64,000 nt of DNA from an uncultured candidate division Zixibacteria bacterium (GCA_963713865.1 OY970208.1:2624001-2688000), one strand, 5' to 3'; shown: positions 21,342 to 32,900, counted from the first letter of the stretch. Notes: a model not told the origin generated them from the letters alone. Made by a program: numbers and translations.

Positions 21342-21986
21342 TTAGCGATTAGCAAAAAAAAGATAAATCAATGCACCTGCCACTACGGTAACCACTGCTG
21401 GCTCAACCAGCCTTCCCCAGCCGCCTTCTGGAATCTCAGGACTTAAAAATGAATACTGTTTGTTGTTCAAAGAGAAAATCTCTTCTTTTTTTAAGAGATC
21501 AGAGCTTTCCTTTTCCCCTCTTTTACTCCACAGAACTTTCCCTTCAGAATCGCTCAGGTCAAATGATAGCGCCACCTGTGTTTCTCTTCTCACCCGGCTT
21601 TTCCCGAAAAAGTTTTTCCTTTTTATCTCCGGATATGCTAAATTCAATTTGATGATCCTGAAATTCAAACTTAAAAAAGATTTTTCGCTTTCATCCTTTT
21701 TTATCTTACCCACTGGTCCCCTTTTCTGCAGAAAAGATACTATTTCCTCCTCCACTATCCAGTTCGAGGGATTTTCTTCTTCCGTCTTTATCCAGACCAG
21801 CTGAGAATCAAATGGAGCTTCCGTTAAGCAATCCAGTAAAACTTCCCTTATAGTGCTCCTCAAAAAATTCTCATTGGTCAGAGGGATAACCTTTTCCTGG
21901 GCTAAAATTACAGAAGGAAACAGGATAGAAATCAACAGAACAAGATTGAAAGCTGTCTTTTTGAATTTTAATACCGATTCAACCAT
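21342..21986 (-). CDS. Hypothetical exported/membrane-anchored protein
   Basis: Signal peptide; C-terminal VEPAVV..VAGALIYLFF anchor; overlaps upstream gene. Confidence 0.65.
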   Translation of the reverse strand: MVESVLKFKKTAFNLVLLISILFPSVILAQEKVIPLTNENFLRSTIREVLLDCLTEAPFDSQLVWIKTEEENPSNWIVEEEIVSFLQKRGPVGKIKKDESEKSFLSLNFRIIKLNLAYPEIKRKNFFGKSRVRRETQVALSFDLSDSEGKVLWSKRGEKESSDLLKKEEIFSLNNKQYSFLSPEIPEGGWGRLVEPAVVTVVAGALIYLFFANR

Positions 21987-22632
21987 ATTTACTTTTAAGC
22001 TCCTTATATTTTTTAAGGACTCTGGCTAAAAAATAAGTGGGAAGTTTTTCACCGGATTTGATTTTTAACCTGAGAGCATCTTCGCCTACATTATAAGCAA
22101 TCAGCGCTTTTTTCACATCCTTGAATTTTAAAATAAGCTCAAAAAGATGTAAAGTTCCCAACTGGATATTAAAAGTCTCCTCAAATAAAGAGAGATCCCC
22201 TTTCCACTCCAGTCCTCTTCTCTTGGCTAGATCCTGAGCCACCGAGGGCTTGACCTGCATCAGCCCCTGGGCTCCCAACATCGATTCCTCCCCTTTTCTG
22301 AATGAGCTTTCCGTCATTATCAACGCCAGGATTAATAGCGGGTCATAACTATATTTTTTACTCTCAGCATATATCACCTGCGTAAGTTCCTTCACCTCTT
22401 CTTTTTTAAACCCAACCTGAAAGTCTTCAATTATCTTTAAGATTTTTAGCTTGTCCTCCAACTCTTTGATTTTTTGTTCTTGCTGTTGTAAAAGTTTATC
22501 TTTTTCTCCCCGCTCATATAAAAGATAAACAAGTCCGGCAGTTTGAACTAACCAGATAAGGATTAAAAAAAAAGTAACCGACTTGGATATGGTTAATCCA
22601 GCCTTTCTGATGATTTTTATACCTAAGACCAT
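21979..22632 (-). CDS. Lytic transglycosylase (SLT domain)
   Basis: LIMTESSF, GAQGLMQV, NIQLGT, ALIAYNVG; N-terminal TM plus coiled coil. Confidence 0.9.
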   Translation of the reverse strand: MVLGIKIIRKAGLTISKSVTFFLILIWLVQTAGLVYLLYERGEKDKLLQQQEQKIKELEDKLKILKIIEDFQVGFKKEEVKELTQVIYAESKKYSYDPLLILALIMTESSFRKGEESMLGAQGLMQVKPSVAQDLAKRRGLEWKGDLSLFEETFNIQLGTLHLFELILKFKDVKKALIAYNVGEDALRLKIKSGEKLPTYFLARVLKKYKELKSKYG

Positions 22633-22647
22633 AAGTTGCCTCCTTAA

Positions 22648-23464
22648 TTAAAAGACTAAGTTCAATTCAAAGGAGGAATTAGTAAAATGTTTTTTGATCT
22701 TTGTTCTAAGTTCTTCAGCATAAAACCCATTATTATTGTAAATACTCTGATAACCAGATAAAAGTTCTGGAAAATTTATATTCAAAAATTTTCTTAACCT
22801 CTCCCAGATTGAGGGTGTATAGTTCATCTTATCTATATAGATATATTTAACCTTTGCATCAATGGCTTTCTGGAAAAATAAAGATAAACTCTCATCCGTA
22901 TCTGAGAAATACGGAAGAACCGGACCAAAAAAGATAAAGGTATCTATTTTTTCTTGATTTAATATTTTTAAAGCTTCAAATCTACTCTCCACCGAAGAAG
23001 CCACCGGCTCAAATTTTTTCTGGACTACCGGGTCCAAACAGGTGATAGTGAAACCAACTTCGCAATCCTTCATTCTTTTCAATATATCCAGATCTCTCAA
23101 GACTAAACCCGATTTGGTTCTGGATTTGCACTGAGAAATCAGATTTAGCTAAAATCTCCAGTGCACCGCGAGTAAGTTTATATTTCTCCTCCAGGGGCTG
23201 ATAAGGGTCAGTAACCGAGCTTAGCATTACTACTCCGGATTTAGCTTTTATAACCTCTTTTTCTAACCTTTCCAGAAAATTAACCTTAACATCTGCGAAC
23301 GTTCCCCATTCTTCGTTATGATCCGAAAATCTTTTCATAAAAATAGCATAACAATACGCACAATTATGCTCACACCCCGTATAAGGGTTCAGACAATAAT
23401 CCACCCCCTGAATCCTGGATTTAACCAAGGCGTTTTTGCAGGTTATCTCTTTGAGTTTGAGCAT
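22648..23464 (-). CDS. Radical SAM protein (spore photoproduct lyase/Rv2578c-like); one gene split by a 1-nt insertion at ~23119
   Basis: NPYTGCEHNCAYCYA, SSVTDPYQPLE; corrected junction QIQTKSGLVLRDLD. Confidence 0.85.
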
Positions 23465-24015
23465 AAAATCGATTGAAAATTTTCAATATTATTCTTTTCC
23501 AAATCCCATTTTAAAGGATTATAAATGATATATTCCCGAATTTCATATAATGATTTCTCATTTCGAATAACGTGATCATAGAAAGACCTCTGCCACTGGA
23601 ATTTATTATCAGAGAATTTTTCATGAATATCTTTGATTACAACATTTTTAAATGACTTTATGATTTTTGACAATAAACCATATCTTCTTTCAGTATTTGT
23701 TGTATTTGTAGGGACAGAACAGTGTTCTGTCCATTTATCGTTATCATCATTAATACTTATAATTCCATGTATATGGTTAGGCATTATTACAAATTCATCA
23801 ATTTCAACATTATCATAGTGGTTGGGAATTTCTTTCCAACACCTTTCTGCAGTTTCACCAAATTGATTCAAAATCATTTCCTCATTTTCAATTTTACCGA
23901 AATATTCAATCCCATCTTTTGTACACAGAGTAATAAAATAGTATCCGTTTTTAGAATAATCATATTCATTTAGGCGATTTAATTTTCTTTCTTTAAAAGT
24001 TGACTTCATCCTCAC
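23443..24015 (-). mobile_element. REP-associated tyrosine (Y1 HUH) transposase, RAYT/TnpA-REP type
   Basis: RL..YDYS..GYYFIT.CT, MPNHIHGII (HUH), WQRSFYDHVIRNE, YIIYNP; adjacent GTAG REPs. Confidence 0.92.
23708..23732 (+). repeat. GTAG-type REP inside the RAYT coding sequence
   Basis: GTAG GGACAGAACA gtgt TCTGTCC palindrome; encodes WTEHCSVPT on the minus strand. Confidence 0.85.
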
Positions 24016-24028
24016 CTATTATATAATA

Positions 24029-24053
24029 GGACAAAACGATGTTTTGTCCCTAC
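24029..24053 (-). repeat. GTAG-type REP
   Basis: ggacaaaacgatgttttgtccctac; same family as 23708 and 24612, with a compensatory stem change. Confidence 0.85.
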
Positions 24054-24058
24054 AAAAC

Positions 24059-24586
24059 TTAATCCCCATAGATTTTAAATGCTTTATAGTTTCCTCCTTC
24101 ATGAGAAGGTGCTAGATGCAATAGATAGATGGCCTGAAAGGAATTTTTTCCAGTGATTTGTATTAAATTTAAACATTCTTTAACCGATATTTCATTACTT
24201 AGAGGAGCTCTTTCTTCTATACATAACCAGATTTTATCAGTTCCTGAATATTTTTTACTGTATTTATCAATTATCTCTTTTTGAATTCTTATACATATTA
24301 AATCGCTTGAATTTTTAATGACCCCACCCCATCGCTCTTCATAACCTCTCTTGGGGAACTCTCGCTCTCCTCTGGCAAGTGTCCATTCTTGTTTTGCATC
24401 GCTATCTTCATAATATGCGGTGGCAACTTCAATCCCAAGTAAGTATCCCTCAAATCTATAAATACAATCAGGTTCGTTTATATCATTTCCGTATCTTTCA
24501 AATTTAGCATTTAGATTTAAACAATTTATCAATCTATCACAAACACATTTTTCATGCTGTTTTTGTATTTGTTTTGCAGAATTCAT
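24059..24586 (-). CDS. Hypothetical protein, putative PD-(D/E)xK nuclease fold
   Basis: E...EPDCIY......GIEVAT spacing; AT-rich; bracketed by REPs. Confidence 0.5.
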   Translation of the reverse strand: MNSAKQIQKQHEKCVCDRLINCLNLNAKFERYGNDINEPDCIYRFEGYLLGIEVATAYYEDSDAKQEWTLARGEREFPKRGYEERWGGVIKNSSDLICIRIQKEIIDKYSKKYSGTDKIWLCIEERAPLSNEISVKECLNLIQITGKNSFQAIYLLHLAPSHEGGNYKAFKIYGD

Positions 24587-24611
24587 AATTTTTACTCTTC
24601 AAATACAAAAT

Positions 24612-24636
24612 GGACAGAACGATGTTCTGTCCCTAC
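24612..24636 (-). repeat. GTAG-type REP
   Basis: ggacagaacgatgttctgtccctac, 4 bp past the rimO stop. Confidence 0.85.
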
Positions 24637-24640
24637 AGAA

Positions 24641-25978
24641 TTACGAAACCTCTCCTATCAAATCATAATCCTTCCACCCAGTAATCTTAACTTCTGAGAA
24701 ATCTCCAATTTTTAAATTCTTTCCTTTAACCAGAATCACCCCATCTATCTCCGGGGCTTCTTTTTGGCTGCGTCCTATATAGTATTCATTTTTCCCTGAG
24801 AAATCATTTGTTTTAGACTCAATCAGAACTTTAACTTTTTCCCCTACTCTTTTCTCATTTTTCTCAAAAGCAATCCCCTGCTGGAGAGTCATCAGTTTAT
24901 CCACTCTTTTCTCTTTTTCTTTGAAAGAAAGGTGCTCTTTTAGATTAAAAGCTTCAGTTCTCTCTTCTCTGGAGTAAGTAAAAGCTCCCAATCTATCAAA
25001 TCTCTGTTCTTCTACAAAATTTAACAGCTCTTCGAATTCTTCTTCCCCCTCTCCGGGAAAACCGACTATAAAAGTAGTCCTCAAGACCAGATCCGGGATT
25101 TTATTCTTTAGAGTTTTAATAAGTCTTTGAATCTTCTTGCGATCAATTTTCCTGCCCATCAAATAAAGAAGTTTATCTGAAATATGCTGCAAAGGAATGT
25201 CTAAGTATTTGCAGGTCTTCTTATTGGCGGCAATCTCTTTTATGAGTTTTCCATTGTAATGAGCGGGATGAGTATAAAGTAATCTAATCCACTCAATCCC
25301 TTCTATTTTAGAAAGTAACGAAAGTAATTCAGGGAGTCTTTGTTCTCCATAGATATCCTGCCCGTATAGAGTAGTATCCTGAGCTACCAGATTAATCTCC
25401 TTAACTCCATTTTCAGCTAAAGATTTTGCTTCCACTAAGATATTTTCGATCTTCCTGCTTCTATATCTTCCTCTGATTTGAGGAATTGAGCAATAAGCAC
25501 AGAAGTTATCACAGCCATCCGCAATCCTCAAATAAGCATATGGGAAAGTTTGAAGGGCTCTTCTTTCAATTTTTTCTTCATATTCTCTGGGCAAAGGTGA
25601 AATAAAAGAAACTCTATTCCCCGTTATCACCTCTGAGCATAGTTTAGAGATATTATCTATTTCATTCAGCCCTAAAATTCCGTCTACTTCTGGCATAGAT
25701 TCCCACAGCTCAGAATTATATCTTTGAGCTAAACATCCGGTAACTACGATTTTCTTTCCGTTGCTGCCATTTTTAAAACGGGAAAGCTCTAAAACTGCTT
25801 TAATGGATTCTTTTTTAGCCTGCTCGATAAATCCGCAGGTATTGATAATAAAAATTTCTGCTTTATCTTTTTCTTCAGTCAATTCAAAGCCGGAAGACTG
25901 GAGTTGAGCTTGAATTACTTCCGCATCTAAATCGTTTTTAGGACAACCCAATTTTATTACATTTACCCTTATTCCCAT
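24641..25978 (-). CDS. rimO: Ribosomal protein S12 methylthiotransferase
   Basis: LGCPKN, INTCGFI.QAK.ES, GCLAQRY, GCDNFCAYC, APEIDG TRAM domain. Confidence 0.96.
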   Translation of the reverse strand: MGIRVNVIKLGCPKNDLDAEVIQAQLQSSGFELTEEKDKAEIFIINTCGFIEQAKKESIKAVLELSRFKNGSNGKKIVVTGCLAQRYNSELWESMPEVDGILGLNEIDNISKLCSEVITGNRVSFISPLPREYEEKIERRALQTFPYAYLRIADGCDNFCAYCSIPQIRGRYRSRKIENILVEAKSLAENGVKEINLVAQDTTLYGQDIYGEQRLPELLSLLSKIEGIEWIRLLYTHPAHYNGKLIKEIAANKKTCKYLDIPLQHISDKLLYLMGRKIDRKKIQRLIKTLKNKIPDLVLRTTFIVGFPGEGEEEFEELLNFVEEQRFDRLGAFTYSREERTEAFNLKEHLSFKEKEKRVDKLMTLQQGIAFEKNEKRVGEKVKVLIESKTNDFSGKNEYYIGRSQKEAPEIDGVILVKGKNLKIGDFSEVKITGWKDYDLIGEVS

Positions 25979-26028
25979 TATTCACACCTAATTTGAGCGG
26001 TGGAGAAAAACTTTAGCCTTGCTGGAAG

Positions 26029-26107
26029 TGTCATTCTGAAGGAGTCCGCCTTTAGCGAGACGACTGAAGAATCTCAGGATTCTTCGCCCTACGGGCTCAG
26101 AATGACA
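26029..26107. repeat. Palindromic intergenic repeat TGTCATTCTGA...TCAGAATGACA
   Basis: 11-bp terminal inverted repeat plus internal GAAGAATC/GATTCTTC; related half-element CATTGCGAG...GAAGCAATC at ~9000-9036. Confidence 0.7.
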
Positions 26108-26126
26108 TCCAAGCTCTGATCCAGCA

Positions 26127-26804
26127 TTATTTCTCCCCACCTATTTCAGTTAGATCCACCAGCTCAACCCCTGGTGGTGGATTATAGATGAATCTGGAAT
26201 CGTTGATAACTACATCCGGCTTTACCGCTTTAAAGCTTAAAGTCGTATAATTATCATTCTGGTCCAGATATTCTATCCTTTGCGCTAAAAGGGACTCTTT
26301 TTCAAAGAAAACTGTAATCTTTTTGAAAAACTCCTCTTCGGTCTTTGAAGTATAAACCATCTTATAACAGAGACTTTCTCCAATTTTTTGTTCCCCTGAA
26401 AGCTCATAATTGTAATTTTTTCTGAAGTTGAATAAATAATCGTTAGGCCTGAAAAGCTCTCTGGATTTATCCACCCGGTTTTTGGTTACCTGTTTATTCT
26501 CCTTGGAATAAACCCAGATAAAATCTCCATCTGAAACCACAACCTGAGAGGGCAATTCAATCCTGAACTTGTTAGGATTTTTCAAAAGCATCTTCCCTTT
26601 TAACTTGCGAATGGTGGAGAAGTCCTGTGATTTAGTTTCCTCCTGAAAATTGATGGAGAGGGTTTTTAAAGAGTCATATTTACCTTCGATCTTCAAAGCT
26701 AACTCCTCTGACGTAATCCCCGAGCTTAGGCTTACAAAAAAAAGAGAAAGTAATAAACTAAAGATTATTGTTTTCGTCCCTCTTCTCATCTTTATTTTCT
26801 TCAA
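26127..26804 (-). CDS. lolA: Outer-membrane lipoprotein carrier protein LolA
   Basis: FQEE, GKMLLKNPNKFR, VVSDG..IWVY....KQV, F.YNPP.GVE; follows ftsK. Confidence 0.85.
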   Translation of the reverse strand: MKKIKMRRGTKTIIFSLLLSLFFVSLSSGITSEELALKIEGKYDSLKTLSINFQEETKSQDFSTIRKLKGKMLLKNPNKFRIELPSQVVVSDGDFIWVYSKENKQVTKNRVDKSRELFRPNDYLFNFRKNYNYELSGEQKIGESLCYKMVYTSKTEEEFFKKITVFFEKESLLAQRIEYLDQNDNYTTLSFKAVKPDVVINDSRFIYNPPPGVELVDLTEIGGEK

Positions 26805-29076
26805 AAGAAATTTCTCCTTTTTCTAAATAACCGCGATCAACTAAAACCTCCCTAGCTTTGCTCCCATCATAAGGTCCGACAATACCGTCGCTCTCCATCT
26901 GGTCGATCAGGCGTGCAGCTCTTTGATACCCTACACCTAATCTCCTCTGTAAAAGCGAGACCGAACCCTGCCGGTGTCTGACCACTATTTCTACTGCTTG
27001 TTTATAAAGGTCATCTTCTTCTTTATCCTCCCAGCCCTCTGAAACCTCCTGTTTATCATCTTCCCTGGCAAAGACCCCGATGGGAGTTGGCACATAATCC
27101 TGAGATTTAATGAAATCTACTAACTTCTGGGTTTCCTCGCTGGTGATATAGGCACCGTGAATCCTTCGTGGCTCCGGATGACCAGCCTGAATAAAGAGCA
27201 TATCCCCATTACCTAAAAGCTTTTCAGCACCCGCACCATCGATGATTGTACGCGAGTCTATCCGGGACGCTACCTGAAAAGCTATCCGGGCAGAGAAGTT
27301 TGCTTTAATCAAGCCGGTGATCACATCCACCGATGGTCTCTGGGTAGCTAAAATCAGATGAATCCCCACTGCTCTTGCCATCTGAGCCAGGCGGGTGATT
27401 AAAGCTTCGGTCTTCAATGAACTGGACATCATCAGGTCAGCTAACTCATCCACGATAATGATAAGATAAGGCAAAAGCCCCTCTTTCTTTTTCTTCTTAT
27501 TATAATCTTCTATATTTCTGACACCGGCACGGGCTAATTTCTTATACCTTTCCTCCATCTCCACTACTGTTTCAGCCAAAACCCTTTCTGCAACTTTGGG
27601 ATTAGTTACCACTGGCCTTTCCAAATGGGGTATTTGGTTATAAACCGTCAACTCCAGCATCTTGGGATCGATCATTATAAACCTTATCTCCTCCGGATGA
27701 AGACGGTAAAGCAGACTGGCTAAAATTACATTTATACAGACGCTTTTTCCGGAGCCAGTTGCCCCGGCTATCAGAAGGTGGGGCATCTTGGATAGATCAG
27801 CCACTAAAGGTTCCCCGGAAATAGATTTCCCTAAGGCTATGGCTAATCGATAAGTTGTGTTTTGAAAAAATGGAGAGACTAATATCTCTTTCAGATTAAC
27901 TATCTGCGGGGTTTTATTCGGTATCTCCACCCCCACCGCCGCCTTGCCAGGTATCGGTGCAACTATCCTGATCCTTTTGGCTTGCAAGGCTAATGCCAGG
28001 TCATCTGACAGGCTCATTATCTGGTTTACTTTGACTCCTGGCGCAGGCTTGAATTCATACCGGGTGATAACCGGACCAGGGCTTTTATCAATTAATTCAC
28101 CCTCTATCCCAATATCAAAAGTAGCTAAAGTATCTCTTAAAGCTTTAGCCGTTTGATTCAATTCTTCATTTGTAACCGATGGCTTTACAAATGGAGGGTC
28201 ATTTAAAATACTAAGACCTGGATATTGATAAGCACCGATTTTACTTTCCTCTTTACCCCGGACCAAATTTAGAGAGGTCTTTAACTCTTTAACTATATTT
28301 ACCGCCTCTTCCTTTTCTTCTACTGAATGAATCGATTCTGGCTTGACTTCTTTTTCATGAAGGTGTTCTTTTAATATTAACCCCTCCTTTTTCTCCTTTT
28401 CATAAGTTTCTTTGAGCTCCTCTTCTCTTTGAGTCCTCCTTTTCTGCACTCTCTTAAGCTCCCACCATCTGCTTCCTCGATCATAAAATCTCTGGAACAG
28501 ATTCTTTCCAAAGATTAAAGATTCTGAAAATTTCCAGGGAGTAGCTAACAGGGCAACGATTATCAATAAGGCTAAGCTGAGCGTATAGGAGCCAAAAGTC
28601 CCGAAGATTTTAACTAAGAATTTTGCAAAAAGAAGGGAGCTCCAACCCCCTAAGGATACTCTGGAAAAATCCAATCCTATACTGGAGTGAGCTTGAGAAA
28701 TGGAGAAAAAGATGCCTAATAGTAAAATGAATATAAAAATGTAAATTGTCTTCTTGAAGACAGTACTTAGCTCTGTTTTAAAAAGGTAAACCGTTCCCCA
28801 GAAAATTAAACTTATTGGCAGAAAAAAAGCTGCAAGTCCAAAAAGATAAAATAGCATATAAGAGATCAAAGCTCCAATGATACCAGCTTGATTTCTTATC
28901 GGTTGAGTGAAAAGCTTTTCCAGATTACTCCAGGAAAACTCCTGGTTAAAAAACCTGGCATCCTTGGAATAGCTGTAAGTAAAAAGGCTTAAAAGAATAA
29001 ATAAAGCCGATGCCCAGAGCAGGACCCCGAAGACCTCGTTTTTTCTCTCCGGTGAAATGTTTTTAAAGAGTTTCAC
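26758..29076 (-). CDS. ftsK: DNA translocase FtsK
   Basis: N-terminal TMs; PHLLIAGATGSGKS, IDPKMLEL, DELADLM, QRPSVDVITG, gamma domain LQRRLGVGYQRAARL. Confidence 0.98.
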   Translation of the reverse strand: MKLFKNISPERKNEVFGVLLWASALFILLSLFTYSYSKDARFFNQEFSWSNLEKLFTQPIRNQAGIIGALISYMLFYLFGLAAFFLPISLIFWGTVYLFKTELSTVFKKTIYIFIFILLLGIFFSISQAHSSIGLDFSRVSLGGWSSLLFAKFLVKIFGTFGSYTLSLALLIIVALLATPWKFSESLIFGKNLFQRFYDRGSRWWELKRVQKRRTQREEELKETYEKEKKEGLILKEHLHEKEVKPESIHSVEEKEEAVNIVKELKTSLNLVRGKEESKIGAYQYPGLSILNDPPFVKPSVTNEELNQTAKALRDTLATFDIGIEGELIDKSPGPVITRYEFKPAPGVKVNQIMSLSDDLALALQAKRIRIVAPIPGKAAVGVEIPNKTPQIVNLKEILVSPFFQNTTYRLAIALGKSISGEPLVADLSKMPHLLIAGATGSGKSVCINVILASLLYRLHPEEIRFIMIDPKMLELTVYNQIPHLERPVVTNPKVAERVLAETVVEMEERYKKLARAGVRNIEDYNKKKKKEGLLPYLIIIVDELADLMMSSSLKTEALITRLAQMARAVGIHLILATQRPSVDVITGLIKANFSARIAFQVASRIDSRTIIDGAGAEKLLGNGDMLFIQAGHPEPRRIHGAYITSEETQKLVDFIKSQDYVPTPIGVFAREDDKQEVSEGWEDKEEDDLYKQAVEIVVRHRQGSVSLLQRRLGVGYQRAARLIDQMESDGIVGPYDGSKAREVLVDRGYLEKGEISFEENKDEKRDENNNL

Positions 29077-29276
29077 TTAATCTACCTCTCTGCCAATCAG
29101 AATTTTGTGCCCTTCTATTTTTTCCCGATAAATAAGAGCTGAAAACTCAAAAGACCTTCTAATTTATATTATCTTATCATCAAATTGCGTAAATGTCAAT
29201 TATTTTTTCTTGGAAAACTGCAATTTCAAGATCAATTTATTATACAACTCAAAATTAAATAAAACAAAAAAGGCAA

Positions 29277-29342
29277 GTAGGTCAGGAGACATGCTCTCCT
29301 GACTTTGAAATTGATGTCAGGAGTATAAGGATCCTGACCTAC
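29277..29342. repeat. REPIN-like doublet of inverted GTAG REPs
   Basis: GTAGGTCAGGAG...CTCCTGAC, spacer, GTCAGGA...TCCTGACCTAC; relatives at 39272-39302 and ~56787-56816. Confidence 0.75.
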
Positions 29343-29464
29343 ACTTGAACTCCGCTGGTCCAGCCTTGAGGGTAAGACGGGATTACCAATCAGATGATGA
29401 GAGTTAGTTCCAACCTTACAAGTTTTTCTAACTGTTGAACTGTTTAACCTTTGAGCCTTTAAAC

Positions 29465-29502
29465 AAAAAAGGCAGTCCCGCCAAAGGCGGACTGCCTTTT
29501 TT
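29465..29502 (-). terminator. Rho-independent terminator of HU gene
   Basis: aaaaaaggcagt...actgcctttttt. Confidence 0.75.
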
Positions 29503-29520
29503 AGCTCATTGAAAATCTCT

Positions 29521-29793
29521 CTACCTCACCGCATCCTTTAACGACTTTCCAGCCTTGAAACGTGGCACTCTGGCGGCAGCTATCTTTATCGGCTCACCGG
29601 TCTGAGGATTCCTTCCGGTCCGGGCTTTACGCTTTGCCACTGAGAAAGTGCCAAAACCCACAAAACTGACTTTCTTCCCTTTCTTCAGGGCGCTGGTTAC
29701 CCCCTCGAAAAAGGCGTTCATAGCCTTGTGAGCTTGGGATTTGGTTACCACGGCTTCCTTTGCTATCTTGGAAACCAGTTCCTCCTTTGTCAT
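29521..29793 (-). CDS. hup: DNA-binding protein HU
   Basis: MTKEELV, VGFGTFSV, RTGRNPQTGE, PRFKAGK.LK. Confidence 0.97.
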   Translation of the reverse strand: MTKEELVSKIAKEAVVTKSQAHKAMNAFFEGVTSALKKGKKVSFVGFGTFSVAKRKARTGRNPQTGEPIKIAAARVPRFKAGKSLKDAVR

Positions 29794-29944
29794 CGACTCA
29801 CCCCCTTACTCTGGGATAAAGGTTAACGTTTTAAAGTTTACGCTTGGTAGAATATAGTATCTATGCGGGTTTGTCAAGGATTATTTTCATTTTTTTAAAA
29901 ATATTTTTATACCCTCCATTTTAATGTCTCTATAATAAGGGTTA

Positions 29945-32900
29945 TCAGTAAACCATTTCCCTTATACCTGCCATCCCTTTTTCTATCTTAACCTCAGGTA
30001 AAGATTTTATATTTATCCGGAAATAGTAACCCTGCCGATACCCGTTGACTATCCAGGTAAAGTGCCCTTCCCAGCAATGCAGGTCCCGATAGAATGTAAA
30101 AGTCTGCTCGGAAAGTTGCTTCAGGGAGAAATCGTATCGGGTCAGATAACTTATATGCCACTTCTGAGTTAACCAGAAATCCAAGGAAAGGCTTATCCAG
30201 TGATTTTTAATAGTTCCGGGTGAGTACCTGGTCTCAGAATATCTGTGGTTCAAGGAGAGATTATACTCTCTACCACCACTCTTTTGTCCTTCTTCATCTT
30301 TCTGCGCTCCCCAGAACACCATTATATGATAAATCAGTGTTCAGGCTAAAGTTTAAAAGTCGTAAATGAGAAAGATCAAGCTCTTTAGTGGTTGGATTAT
30401 ATGGATCATGGGTAAAAGCTAATTCAAAACCTATTCCAGGAATAGCATTAGACCTCAAGCTGGATGCAAAATTAGAGAGCTTACGTTCTTCAGCTAAGAA
30501 ATTGTAGCTGGTGCTAAGAGTATAGTTGAATAGCTCAAATTTTTTCTCCTTACCCTCCTTCTGGGTTTTCATTTGCAGAAGATGGGTAAAACTAAAGTTA
30601 AGTGATTGAGCTTTTCCTCCTCCACTCCCCACCCCAGTATAGCTGACATAGGCTTGATGTCTTTTTATCTCTGGAACAAAGACAAAAGCTAAGCTTGGAG
30701 TCATAACCTGCCTGATCCCGGTTACAGGACCAAGCTTAGTATGGAAAGTTCCATAAAGCGTGGTTCTGGCATTTAAACCTAAGGAATAAGTACCTCTTCG
30801 AGCAGGTGAGTTGGCTTTTACCTTGCCTTTACTCTGGTCTGTTTCATAAACATAATACCAGCTTTCCCGATAATTTAACCCCGGAGACAAGATCAGCCAG
30901 CCAAAAAGTGTCTGGGGAAAATCAAGATGAAGGGCATTATCCACAGTCATAAATTTCTTACGAGTAAAATTCTCATTGAGCCTGGCTTTGCTGTAATAGT
31001 TCTGAAAAGAGGAGGAGAAAGAAAGATAAAGGCTTTGATACCATCTTTTGGGTTGGTCAGATTCAGACTTAAAAGGTGAAAAAGATGGTTGGGTTATCTT
31101 AAAAGTAGGGAGCCCCAAGGTTTTTGAATCTGTATCTAAATTCTCCACTTGGTCAAAAGCTAAATATATTCCCGCGCCTGAATATTTACTGTTCAAACTT
31201 GCCTGGGAATGGATACTCCGGTCTCTTCTTTCCTGAGCATTAAAGCTGTAATCCCGATAATAGGATTTATCGCTGATGAATCTGCCATTGGCTGAGAGTT
31301 TTGTAATAGGGGAAATATTCTGTGAATGGCTTAAGACTAAATCCCAGCGATTATTTTTAATTTTAGTAAATCCACTCTCCTGAACTTCCCGTTTATAGGA
31401 GCTGGCAATACTCCCATTATATAAATACCTTTTTGCATATCTGAAATTCTCCCTTAAAAGCCAGCCGGTATTCTCATAATAATCCAAACTGGTTTCTAAA
31501 TCCCAGTAATCTGAAGGAGCCCAAAAATACCCTAAGTTCCGTATAAACCTTTCACCGGAAACAAAGTCTCCAACCTCGAAGGTTAAAAAGCCAGAATGTC
31601 TGCCTGGTTTGATGGGGAAGACATAAAAAGGGATTACCGCTACTGGAAGTCTCCCGATATATAAAACCACGGGCCTGGCAATCACCTTATCCTTGGTAAT
31701 TACCTTCATCTTCCGGGAATAAAAATGGTAATGAGGAGGTTCCTGGTCACAGGTAGTATAACTCCCGCCTGCAGCTAAGAAAACATCATCCTTTATCTTT
31801 CCTAATTCACTTCCATGGTAATACCCGTCCTGAAATTCAGTCTGACCAGCTTTTACCTTACCTTTACGGGTTTTAAGATAATAGCTCATCTCCTCCCCTT
31901 TTATCTCTTCATTCCCATCTATAAGTACCGGAAGTTGGGAAACTATCTTTTTACCCTCCTCTTCTTTATAAATCCCTTCTGCTTTCAGGTATTCCTTTTC
32001 TGTATGGTAGGTTACCTTTCCTGCTTTTAAAGAGACCTGTTTGAATCTTAAGTTGCAGTTATCCTCTAAATAGATTAAACTGCTATCGATCTGATAATCT
32101 ATCTTCTCCGCCGAATAGTTAACAGTATCTTCAGAATGGAGTGAATCTTTGTTCTCTGCTGGAGAATAATATGAGCCTATCGCCCCACCCAAGACCATTA
32201 TCCTTTTCAGTTTCTGTTCTTCAAAATAAAGCTCTAAACTATCACCGGAAGCTTCATTTTTAACCTGCGATAAACTATCTCTGGATGATGGATAATATAA
32301 AGATGTGGCATTGTTTAACACCTTCACTTCTCTGAGCTTCTCATCTTCCCCCAGGAAAAAATAAAGTGACTTTCCAGCCAGGTAGCTTTCATTATATTTC
32401 TGATTTAATGAATCAACTAATTCCTTATGAGAAGCTTTTGCCTGTCCGGTATCTGTTATCTTATAGATTTTATTCTGTTTATACAAAACTTCGATTTCAT
32501 CTCCAGACAGTTCTGAAGTCTCTTTTTTCGCCACCGGATTTTCAGTCAGGACTATCCTCTCATCTTTACCAAAAAGCTCCGCTTTCCCGCAAGTAGCCAC
32601 CATATCCCCTTTAAGGATATGAACATTCTTTATCGCTTTTCCTCTTCTAAGCTCAACAAAATACTCTAAAGTGTCAGCCGTAACTGTCATGGAGCTGTCT
32701 TTTAGCTGGGGATTATATATTAAGGAAGGGGACCTGGTGAAGAAAAGATATTTTTTGACCCGGCCATATTCTCCATGCCCCCCTAATACAACTGCCTTCT
32801 CCTTTTTACTCTCCAGTTTCACGTTTTCATCCGCCACTATCCTTTTCAATCTTTGATAATAGGTAACCTTTTCTGCGAACAACACCTGATCAGGGTCTTC

